In this document: positions 18,501-24,240 of the stretch, one piece after another
Position numbering within the stretch: the stretch's first letter is position 1
Layout: each line of letters starts with the position of its first letter
Source: Teichococcus wenyumeiae
GTDB taxonomy: Bacteria; Pseudomonadota; Alphaproteobacteria; Acetobacterales; Acetobacteraceae
Assembly: GCF_003696345.1 (NCBI RefSeq)
Contig: NZ_RFLX01000026.1
Location: 1 to 49,077, forward strand
DNA length: 49,077 nt
Direction of reading: 5' to 3'
Notes under the pieces: generated by a model
The model's input: only the letters and a program-made list of their open reading frames with translations
Databases searched by the model: none
Told to the model about the DNA's origin: nothing
Position numbers and translations under genes: made by a program

Positions 18501-19492
18501 CGGGGGAAGCGCTGGACCCCGGGCTGGCCCGCGCATGGCGGGCAGCCTGCGCGGCCGAGGCGCTGGTGGTGAACTTCTACGGCAGCACCGAGACCACCAT
18601 GATCAAGGGCTACCGCGTGCTGGACGAGGGCGGCCCCCTGCACGCCGTGCTGCCGATGGCTGACACCCAGATGCTGGTGCTGCGAGACGGCCAGCCCTGC
18701 GGCGTCGGCGAAGCAGGAGAGGTGGTGGTCCGCACGCCTTTCCGCAGCGCCGGCTATCTGGAAGGCGGCGCGGCCGCGACCTTCGTGCCCAGCCCCTTCC
18801 GTTCAGCGGACATGCTGTATCGCAGCGGCGACACCGGCCGCTTCCGCGTGGATGGTTCGGTCGAGATCCTGGGCCGGCTGGACGAGCAGGTGAAGATCCG
18901 GGGCGTGCGGGTGGAGCCTGCCGAGGCGCGCCTGGCGCTGGAGGCACACCCGGCCGTGGCACAGGCGGCCGTGCTGGCCTGGCCGGGTGCGGCAGGGCCG
19001 GAACTGGCCGCCTATGTCGTTCCGGCGGCAGATGAGGACCCGGCCCCCGCGGCGCTGCGGGCCTTCCTGGCCGCCCGGCTGCCGGCCGCCGCCGTGCCGG
19101 GATGCGTGACACTCCTGCCCGCGCTGCCGCTGCTGCCGAACGGCAAGCTGGATCGCCACGCCCTGCCGCCGCCACAGGCCGCGTCGCCCGTGGCGGTGGT
19201 GCCACCGCGTGGCGCGATGGAAGCACTGCTGCTGCGGGCATGGCACGACGTGCTGCCAGGCGTCCCGCCGGGTGTGGAGGATGACGTGTTCACGCAGGGC
19301 GCCAACTCGCTCGGCGCGACCCAGCTGGTATCGCGCCTGCGGGGGCTGCTGGGGCTGGAACTGCCGCTGACGGCGGTGTTCGAGAACCCGACGGTGGCCG
19401 CACTGGCGCGGCATGTCGAGATGCGGCAGGCGCTGGCGGCGGTGATGGCCGATCCGGCCGAGATGGATGACGGAGAACTGATCGGTCCATGA
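12554..19492 (+). CDS. hybrid PKS/NRPS: KS-AT(degenerate)-ACP-aminotransferase-C-A-PCP (beta-amino acid forming)
   Basis: GTG at 12554 overlaps the upstream TGA (GTGA). MSSARDIAIIGMSGRFPGA is a KS N-terminus. The stretch 12425-12553 in the ORF track is out-of-context read-through. KS TACSTS, EAHGTGT, GNLGHLE. The AT remnant lacks the active-site Ser (GHGLA). ACP MGADSL. Class III PLP aminotransferase with YGKIVGGGMP. C domain PHIIGDG. A domain FTSGTTGRPRG, YRSGDTGRF, LPNGKLDR. PCP GANSLGA. The C-terminal tail is ...EMDDGELIGP. Confidence 0.9.
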   Translation: MSSARDIAIIGMSGRFPGAPDTAQLWDNLLQGRDGITRPDRAALLAAGVPQAVLDRPGFVPAAPLLEEIDRFDAAFFGISPREATTLAPAIRLFLECCWEAFENAGRVPGGAVGVYAGANMSQYWRLGAHGLEPGLEQILGNDKDYLATHVAYRLNLKGPALSVQTACSTSLVAVHMAAEALLSGQCDMALAGGATVRVPHDPGYQWTQGSILSPDGVCRPFDAAPSGPVFGSGVGVVLLKRLGDALTDGDPVRAVIRGSAINNDGGGKAGFTAPGLEGQAAVVAQALARAGVPARSISYIEAHGTGTALGDPIEVAALTRAFRQNTAESGFCRIGSVKGNLGHLETAAGVAGLIKTVLALEHRELPPSVHYAAPNPEIDFAATPFVVNAARCPWQAEGPLRAGVSSFGMGGTNAHVVLEEAPPRAVPDLDNRPQLLLLSARTPTALARIGRALLAQLRRQPDLRLADVAHTLAAGRARLPLRRALVCASVEELATLLETPTPAVRPKAGPPPHLGLVLDGALPPSLARALHAEDDTFRAAADEALAACGLTPDAFQDPLPPAAAFCAGHGLARLLAAWGLPPAALAAGTPWALALRSCLEGRLTLPEAAALACAKGTPPSAAMAPEQAGGIWVDPSALRLNGGAAWAGRHALLQLVAHLWTQGLEPLPGALAGVSARRVALPTYPFERQRFWVEAAPQPVAVAEPPAVAAPTSASAPDARSIRLVLQQIVGHALHLPPEQVSPDRDFIEMGADSLVLVESVQEIERRLGLRVPVRDLFETTTTVSSLARALATRLAAAPVSAASPPPTLAAMPVPAAAPSIPAPPPDTVLDDPRQQQHVAALVARYTARTAASKRLAAEKRAGLADVRAAAGFKLLIKEMLYPIVVERGDGGHVTDVDGNDYVDVTMGFGVRLFGHRAAFLDAALRDQLDRDAPLGPENRDTGDVAALLRRMTGMERVAFFTTGTEAVMTALRLARARSGRDGLVLFKGSYHGHADATLGIGLPDGRAAPLSAGVPSTTLQHLTILDYGSEDALHRIEAQAAHLAAVVVEPVQSRHPDRQPQAFLQALRRITQQHGIALIFDEMITGFRIGAGGAQAWFGVEADIAAYGKIVGGGMPVGVVAGKAAWMDGLDGGAWRFGDATYPEKPAIFYAGTFNKNPWTMAAARAVLAEIDARGPALFTALNRRTTWLATALNAFFAREGVALEVVHFASLFRFRVGGLADLFFFHMIASGIYIWEGRNCFLAAAHDDADVERIMAAARDSALALRADALLDAAPPAPRHPVTAAQAQLLLLERIDPDAALAYNIHLTALLSGPLDEDALQLAVAALVRRHEVLRSRFPDSADARVAEPFLWVPLQRHDLAPEAVDGWFAGEASRRFDLAEGPLLRAQLLRLGAGSAQLVLSLPHIIGDGVTLNLLLRELVQLYEGERAGRAAGLPEPVPFHAYTAWLEARRPASATDLAWWRQQLAGPLPVLNMPLDHPRPAVRRHAAAVATTRMDIALATALRRAGGTRRATFLMLCLAAWQALLHRISGDDDLIVGVPTAGRGMPGSEAMAGYCTHLLPVRSRPLAGARFADLLEATRATLLDAMAHGDLPFAELLDALALPRDASRTPLLSTTFNLDHPPAAATMDGVTLQVVPPPVHHASYELALNITELDDGPVVECRYHTALFDPARIQALLRQYETVLRQVAADLEVPLASLDLSRGEAALPDPAAPLAEPSYPGVLALLLRQPPDAIAIRDAERAWRYAEVTEEAQGIARMLVAHGVRPGDRVALLAPRDGRLACAMAGTWLAGAVFLCLDAALPPARLQAMAEAAGAGWVLDLHATPSTVPAGPTHLHAPSGSVWPEAGLPAMPAGDDPAYIVFTSGTTGRPRGILGTHKGVAQFLDWQRQRFGIGPADHVAQLAAPSFDVLLRDVFLPLTTGATLHVPPPAVADDPAGLAAWLAASGVTVLHAVPSRARGWLAAAPVGGWPQLRRTFFSGEALDPGLARAWRAACAAEALVVNFYGSTETTMIKGYRVLDEGGPLHAVLPMADTQMLVLRDGQPCGVGEAGEVVVRTPFRSAGYLEGGAAATFVPSPFRSADMLYRSGDTGRFRVDGSVEILGRLDEQVKIRGVRVEPAEARLALEAHPAVAQAAVLAWPGAAGPELAAYVVPAADEDPAPAALRAFLAARLPAAAVPGCVTLLPALPLLPNGKLDRHALPPPQAASPVAVVPPRGAMEALLLRAWHDVLPGVPPGVEDDVFTQGANSLGATQLVSRLRGLLGLELPLTAVFENPTVAALARHVEMRQALAAVMADPAEMDDGELIGP
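12566..13830 (+). other. KS domain (follows an NRPS module)
   Basis: Cys, His and His active-site residues are all present (TACSTSLV, EAHGTGT, GNLGHLETAAG). Confidence 0.85.
13850..14600 (+). other. degenerate/truncated AT domain (AT-null)
   Basis: The KS-AT linker and the post-AT PTYPFERQRFW motif are conserved. The AT core is shortened, and GHSxG is replaced by AGHGLAR at 14258-14272, so there is no catalytic Ser. Confidence 0.65.
14720..14930 (+). other. ACP domain
   Basis: DFIEMGADSLVLVESVQ. Confidence 0.7.
15050..16330 (+). other. PLP-dependent aminotransferase (AMT) domain, class III / GSA-aminotransferase-like
   Basis: VDVTMGFGVRLFGH, FFTTGTEAVMTALRLAR, IFDEMITGFR, and the PLP-Lys motif AYGKIVGGGMP (Lys codon at about 15884-15886). 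The domain order ACP-AMT-C resembles MycA/ItuA/McyE-type beta-amino installation. Confidence 0.8.
16390..17700 (+). other. C domain (accepts beta-aminoacyl donor)
   Basis: PHIIGDG, an HHxxxDG variant in which the second His is retained. Confidence 0.7.
17720..19170 (+). other. A domain, non-standard specificity code DVRHFSFMIK
   Basis: The A3 motif reads TSGTTGRPRG (Lys to Arg). A7 YRSGDTGRF. A10 LPNGKLDR. The code keeps a Ser-like D-V-x-H-x-S core but otherwise matches no standard code. Confidence 0.65.
19230..19430 (+). other. PCP domain
   Basis: DVFTQGANSLGATQLVSRL. Confidence 0.65.
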
Positions 19493-19690
19493 CGGTCGCT
19501 GAACTGCTGCAGGCCCTGCGCCGCCACGGTGCGCAGATCGCTGTGCAGGACGGCGCGCTGCGCCTCAAGACAACGGCGGAACTGCCCGCGGTGCTGCGCG
19601 ATACGCTGGCGGCGCAGCGGGACGCGCTGGTGGCCTTGTTGCGCGATGCGCCCGCCGCGTCCGCCCAGCGGCCTATTCCGCCCGCCCCGC
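19489..19690 (+). other. TubC-like N-terminal docking domain
   Basis: ELLQALRRHGAQIAVQDGALRLKTTAELPAVLRDTLAAQRDALVALL. Confidence 0.6.
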
Positions 19691-22600
19691 CCGCCACGCC
19701 GCTGCCGCTGTCCTTCGCCCAGCAACGGCTCTGGTTCCTGCACCAGTGGCAGGGCAACAGCCCCCTCTACAACGAGGCTGTGGCGCTGCGGCTGGAGGGC
19801 GTGCTGGACCTTCCCGCGCTGGAGGAGGCGCTGCGCGAGGTGGTACGCCGCCACGCCGTGTTCCGCACCAGCTTCGAAGCCGCCGGCGATGTTCCGCAGC
19901 AGCGCATCGCGCCCACCGCCACCCTGGCGCTGCGCGTGCAGGACCTTTCGGCAGCCGCGACCGAGGAGGCGATAGCCGAGGAAGCCGCGCGCCCCTTCGA
20001 TCTCGGCCGCGACCTGATGCTGCGCGCCACGCTGTTCCGGCAGGATGCCGAAACGGGCGTGCTGGTGCTGGTGATGCACCACATCGCCTGCGACGGCTGG
20101 TCCTCCGCCGTGCTGGTGCGGGAATGGACGACGCTCTACGCCGCTTTCCGCCAGGGGGAACCATCCCCGCTGCCGCCCCTGCCCATCCAGTACGCTGACT
20201 TCGCCGCCTGGCAGCGCGACCCCGCGCGGCGCCCGCTGCTGGACCGCGACCTGGCCTGGTGGAAGCAGCACCTGTCCGGGGCACCCGGCACCATCCCCCT
20301 GCCCACGGACCGGCCGCGCCCGGCGCGCGAAACCTTCAGCGGCGCCCGGCACGACTTCATGCTGGACGCTACCACCACCACCGCGCTGCGGCAGCTGGGG
20401 CGGGACTGCAAGGCCACGCCCTTCATGGTGCTGTCCGCCGGCTTCAACCTGCTGCTGCAGCGCTACAGCGGGCAGGATGACCTGGTGGTGGGCACCCCCA
20501 TCGCCAACCGTGACCGGCAGGAACTGGAAGGGCTGGCGGGGTTCTTCGTCAATACGCTTGCCCTGCGCAGCGATCTTTCGGGCGACCCGTCCTTGCGCGC
20601 ACTGCTGGACCGGGTCCGGCGGGTAGCGCAGGACGCCTTCGCGCATCAGGCATTGCCGTTCGAGCAGCTGGTGGAGGCGCTGGCACCGCGCCGCAGCCTC
20701 AGCCACGCGCCGCTGTTCCAGGTGATGTTCAGCCTGCGCAACGCGCCGCAGGCGCCGCTGGCGCTGCCGGGCCTGCGGGTGACGCCGCTTCCGCTGCCCT
20801 GCCGCACCGCCAAGTTCGACCTGCTGCTGTTCCTGCACGAACAGGACGGCGGGCTGGCCGGCAGCTTCGAATACAACACCGACCTGTTCGACGCCGCCAC
20901 GGTCGCCCGCATGGCTGGCCACCTGTGTCACCTCCTGGCTACCGCTTCCGCGCGCCCGGACGTACCGCTCTCCACCTTGCCCATGCTGCCGGACGCGGAG
21001 CGGGATGCCGCACTGGCCGCCGGGCGTGGCGCGCGGACGGATTATCCAAGAAACGAAGCACTGACGGCGTTGTGGGCGCGGCAGCTGAGGCGCACGCCTG
21101 ATGCGCCCGCGATCCGCGCGCCGGATGCCTGCCTCAGCTATGCCGGGCTGGACAACATGGCGCGCGGCATCGCGGCGCAGCTGGTGCGGCATGGCGCGCG
21201 GCCCGGCGAGTTCACCGGCATCGCCCTCGGCCGCTCGGCGGCCCTGGTGGGCGGCATCCTGGGCATCCTGATGGCTGGTGGCGCCTATGTGCCACTCGAT
21301 CCCGCCTATCCACGGGAGCGGCTGGCCTTCATGCTGGCCGATGCCGGCATCCGCCATGTGGTCACGGACCGCGCCCACGCGGCCGCCCTGGCCGGCCTGC
21401 CGGTGACGCTGCTGTTGCTGGATGAGGCGGAGAAAGCCGCCCCGCCGCTGTCCCTCCCGCCGCCGGCCGGGCCACTGGACCCCGCCTGCGTGATGTACAC
21501 CTCGGGCTCCACCGGCCGTCCAAAGGGCGTGGTGGTGCCGCACCGGGCCGTGGCGCGGCTGGTCTGCGGCACGGACTACCTGGACTTCCCCGCCATCCGC
21601 CGCATGGCGCACCTGTCCAACACCGCCTTCGATGCCGCGACCTTCGAGATCTGGGGCGCGCTGCTGCATGGGGCCGAGTTGGTGGTCGTGCCGCAGGACA
21701 CGCTGCTGGCGCCCGACGCCTTCACGGCGGCGTTGCGGCGGGACGGCATAGACACCCTGTTCCTGACAGCGGCGCTGTTCCATCGCATGGCGGCCGAGCG
21801 GCCAGACGCCTTCGGCGGTGTCGCCCAGATGCTGGTCGGGGGAGAACCCGTTTCCCCCGCCGCCATCCGCCGGGTCATGGAATCCGGCGCGCCGCCGCGC
21901 CGCATCAGCAACGCCTACGGCCCCACGGAAGCCACCACCTTCGCCGTCTCCGGCCCCTTCTCCTTGCCGGCAAGCGAGGGGCAGGCGGTTCCGATCGGGC
22001 GCCCCCTGGCCAATACCGAGGCGCATGTCCTGGACCCCGCGGGCCAGCCGCTGCCGCCGGGCATCTGGGGCGAGCTGTGGATCGGCGGGAACGCGCTGGC
22101 CCTTGGCTACCTGAACCGGCCGGAACTGACGGCGGAGCGTTTCGTGGACACGCCGCTCGGCCGCCTCTACCGCAGCGGGGACCGCGCGCGGCGGCGGCCG
22201 GACGGGCAGGTGGAACTGTCCGGACGGCTCGACCGGCAGATCAAGCTGCGCGGGTACCGCATCGAGCCGGGGGAGGTGGAGGCGGCGCTGGCCTGCCACC
22301 CGGGCGTGCGCGACGCGCTGGTGGCGGTGCATGACGCGGGGAAGGCCGATGCGCGGCTCGTCGCCTACGTCCTGCCAGACCATCCCGGGCATGACGGTGC
22401 CGGCGCCGAGCACGTGCAGCAATGGGAAACCCTGTTCGACGCGACATACCGCGAGGACACTTCCACCCGCACCGCCAGCCCGCTGGCCCCCGCCGATCCC
22501 GCCCTCAACTTCCGGGGATGGGAGAGCAGCTACACCGGCGCGCCCATCCCGGCCGACGAGATGCGGGAATGGCTGGACCACACGCTGGCCGAGATCGAGG

Positions 22601-24051
22601 CGCTGGCGCCCGCGCGGGTGCTGGAGATCGGCTGCGGCACCGGCCTGCTGCTGGCACGGCTGGCGCCGGCGCGGGAAGCCTATGTCGGCACCGACTTCTC
22701 CCAGGCGGCGCTGGACGGCATCGCGGCGCTGCGCCGCGCGCGGCCGGAACTGGCGCATGTGCATCTGGCGCGCCAGATGGCGGATGACCTGGCAGGGCTG
22801 CCGGAAGGCGGCTTCGACCTGGTGGTCATCAACTCCGTCGCCCAGTACTTCCCCAGCCTGGATTACCTGCTGCAGGTGCTTCGCGCCGCCGCCACGCGGC
22901 TGCGGCCGGGGGGGCGCATCTATCTGGGTGATCTGCGCAACGCCGACCTCGACCTGGCCTTCCACGCTTCCGTGCAGGCGGCGCGGGCCGAGCCGGGTAC
23001 GACGCTGGCCGAGCTGGGCCGGCAGGTGCGCGACGCGCTGGCCGATGAGGAGGAGCTGCTGGTGGCCCCGGCGCTGCTGCACGACATCGGCCGCCACGTG
23101 CCGGGGCTGGGCTGCGAGCGGGTGAGCCTGAAGCGCGGGCGGTTCCACAACGAACTGACCCGCTTCCGCTACCAGGCTGTTCTCAGGCGGGACATGCCGC
23201 CGCCCCTGCCAGCGGTGGCCCATGCCGTGGAATGGGCGGCGGACCGCCCGGGCCTGCCGGCCGTCCGCGCCATGCTGGCGGCGCGGCCGGCGGCGCTGGT
23301 GCTGCGCGGCATCGCCAATGCCCGGCTGGGGCGGGAAGCCGCGCTGCTGGAAGCCCTGGCCGAGCCGGCGGAGGCGCCGCTGCCTCCGCCCCGGTCGCAG
23401 GGGCTGGACCCCGAGGCGCTGCACGCGCTGGGCGAGGCGATGGGCTATGCCGTCGCCACCACCTGGTCCGGGGCAGGGGCCGATGGCGCCTTCGACGCCG
23501 CGTTCCACCGTGCCGGCCCGGCCGCGCCGCTGCTGGCCCGCCCGCATTCGGCCATGGTTCCGGCGCGGGAAGCGCTGGCCAGCAATCCCCTGCTGGGCAA
23601 GCTCAGCCGGCGGCTGGGGCCGGTGCTGCGGGACCATCTGCGCGCCGCGCTGCCCGAGCACATGGTGCCCGGTGCCATCGTGTTTCTCAGCCGCTGGCCA
23701 TTGACGCCGAACGGGAAGGTGGACCGCGCGGCCCTGCCGGACCCGGCCCGCGTCCGCCGCCCCGCCGCGGGCACGGCGCCGCCGGCCGGGCGCACGCAGC
23801 AGCGCGTGGCCGCCGTGTGGCGGGCTGTGCTGGGGCTGGACAGCCTCGGCGCCGACGAGAACTTCTTCGAGATCGGCGGCCATTCCCTGCTGGCCACGCA
23901 GATCGTGTCCCGGCTCCGGCACGAGTTCGGCGCGCCGCTGGGTCTGCGCGACTTCTTCGCCGCGCCCACCGTCGCCGCGCTGGCGCAACACCTCGACAGC
24001 CTCGCCGCCCCGCCGCCCGCCGCGGGCGAGCAGGAGGAGTTTCTGCTGTGA
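19489..24051 (+). CDS. NRPS module: docking domain-C-A(embedded methyltransferase)-PCP
   Basis: ATG at 19489 overlaps the upstream TGA (ATGA). N-terminal docking fold MTVAELLQALRRHGAQIAVQDGALRLK. LCL-type C domain MHHIACDGWS. A domain YTSGSTGRPKG, YRSGDRARR, LTPNGKVDR. The A-domain code DAFFLGATFK is Val/Ile-like. A SAM-MT insert (VLEIGCGTGLL) lies between A8 and A9. PCP FFEIGGHSLL. The C-terminal tail is ...EQEEFLL. Confidence 0.9.
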   Translation: MTVAELLQALRRHGAQIAVQDGALRLKTTAELPAVLRDTLAAQRDALVALLRDAPAASAQRPIPPAPPATPLPLSFAQQRLWFLHQWQGNSPLYNEAVALRLEGVLDLPALEEALREVVRRHAVFRTSFEAAGDVPQQRIAPTATLALRVQDLSAAATEEAIAEEAARPFDLGRDLMLRATLFRQDAETGVLVLVMHHIACDGWSSAVLVREWTTLYAAFRQGEPSPLPPLPIQYADFAAWQRDPARRPLLDRDLAWWKQHLSGAPGTIPLPTDRPRPARETFSGARHDFMLDATTTTALRQLGRDCKATPFMVLSAGFNLLLQRYSGQDDLVVGTPIANRDRQELEGLAGFFVNTLALRSDLSGDPSLRALLDRVRRVAQDAFAHQALPFEQLVEALAPRRSLSHAPLFQVMFSLRNAPQAPLALPGLRVTPLPLPCRTAKFDLLLFLHEQDGGLAGSFEYNTDLFDAATVARMAGHLCHLLATASARPDVPLSTLPMLPDAERDAALAAGRGARTDYPRNEALTALWARQLRRTPDAPAIRAPDACLSYAGLDNMARGIAAQLVRHGARPGEFTGIALGRSAALVGGILGILMAGGAYVPLDPAYPRERLAFMLADAGIRHVVTDRAHAAALAGLPVTLLLLDEAEKAAPPLSLPPPAGPLDPACVMYTSGSTGRPKGVVVPHRAVARLVCGTDYLDFPAIRRMAHLSNTAFDAATFEIWGALLHGAELVVVPQDTLLAPDAFTAALRRDGIDTLFLTAALFHRMAAERPDAFGGVAQMLVGGEPVSPAAIRRVMESGAPPRRISNAYGPTEATTFAVSGPFSLPASEGQAVPIGRPLANTEAHVLDPAGQPLPPGIWGELWIGGNALALGYLNRPELTAERFVDTPLGRLYRSGDRARRRPDGQVELSGRLDRQIKLRGYRIEPGEVEAALACHPGVRDALVAVHDAGKADARLVAYVLPDHPGHDGAGAEHVQQWETLFDATYREDTSTRTASPLAPADPALNFRGWESSYTGAPIPADEMREWLDHTLAEIEALAPARVLEIGCGTGLLLARLAPAREAYVGTDFSQAALDGIAALRRARPELAHVHLARQMADDLAGLPEGGFDLVVINSVAQYFPSLDYLLQVLRAAATRLRPGGRIYLGDLRNADLDLAFHASVQAARAEPGTTLAELGRQVRDALADEEELLVAPALLHDIGRHVPGLGCERVSLKRGRFHNELTRFRYQAVLRRDMPPPLPAVAHAVEWAADRPGLPAVRAMLAARPAALVLRGIANARLGREAALLEALAEPAEAPLPPPRSQGLDPEALHALGEAMGYAVATTWSGAGADGAFDAAFHRAGPAAPLLARPHSAMVPAREALASNPLLGKLSRRLGPVLRDHLRAALPEHMVPGAIVFLSRWPLTPNGKVDRAALPDPARVRRPAAGTAPPAGRTQQRVAAVWRAVLGLDSLGADENFFEIGGHSLLATQIVSRLRHEFGAPLGLRDFFAAPTVAALAQHLDSLAAPPPAAGEQEEFLL
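19700..20990 (+). other. C domain (LCL-like)
   Basis: PLSFAQQRLWFL and MHHIACDGWS at about 20075-20104. Confidence 0.75.
22400..23200 (+). other. methyltransferase domain embedded in the A domain (N-MT-like position, between A8 and A9)
   Basis: MREWLDHTLAEI...VLEIGCGTGLLLARL at 22621-22644 ...DLVVINSVAQYFP...RPGGRIYLGDLRN. Confidence 0.7.
23790..23990 (+). other. PCP domain
   Basis: FFEIGGHSLLATQIVSRL. Confidence 0.7.
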
Positions 24052-24240
24052 CCAGCCCCTGCATCGAGGATTTCCTCGAAGTCCTTTCGCGCGCCGGCGT
24101 CGTGCTGGCCGTGGAGGGAGACCGCCTCCGCCTGCGCGCCGCCCCCGGCGTGCTGAACGACGCGCTGCGGGCGGAGATCGCGGCGCGCAAGCCGGAACTG
24201 CTGCGGGCGCTCGGCCGGAATGAGGGCATCCGCGCGGCAG
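24048..24240 (+). other. TubC-like N-terminal docking domain
   Basis: IEDFLEVLSRAGVVLAVEGDRLRLRAAPGVLNDALRAEIAARKPELLRAL. Confidence 0.6.

Noticed and set aside
23232-24047. N-terminal 272 aa of the track ORF 23232-34466
   Set aside because: It overlaps the PCP and C-terminus of the upstream gene in another frame and has no domain content. The real start is the GTG at 24048, which yields a docking domain paralogous to that of the ATG-19489 gene.
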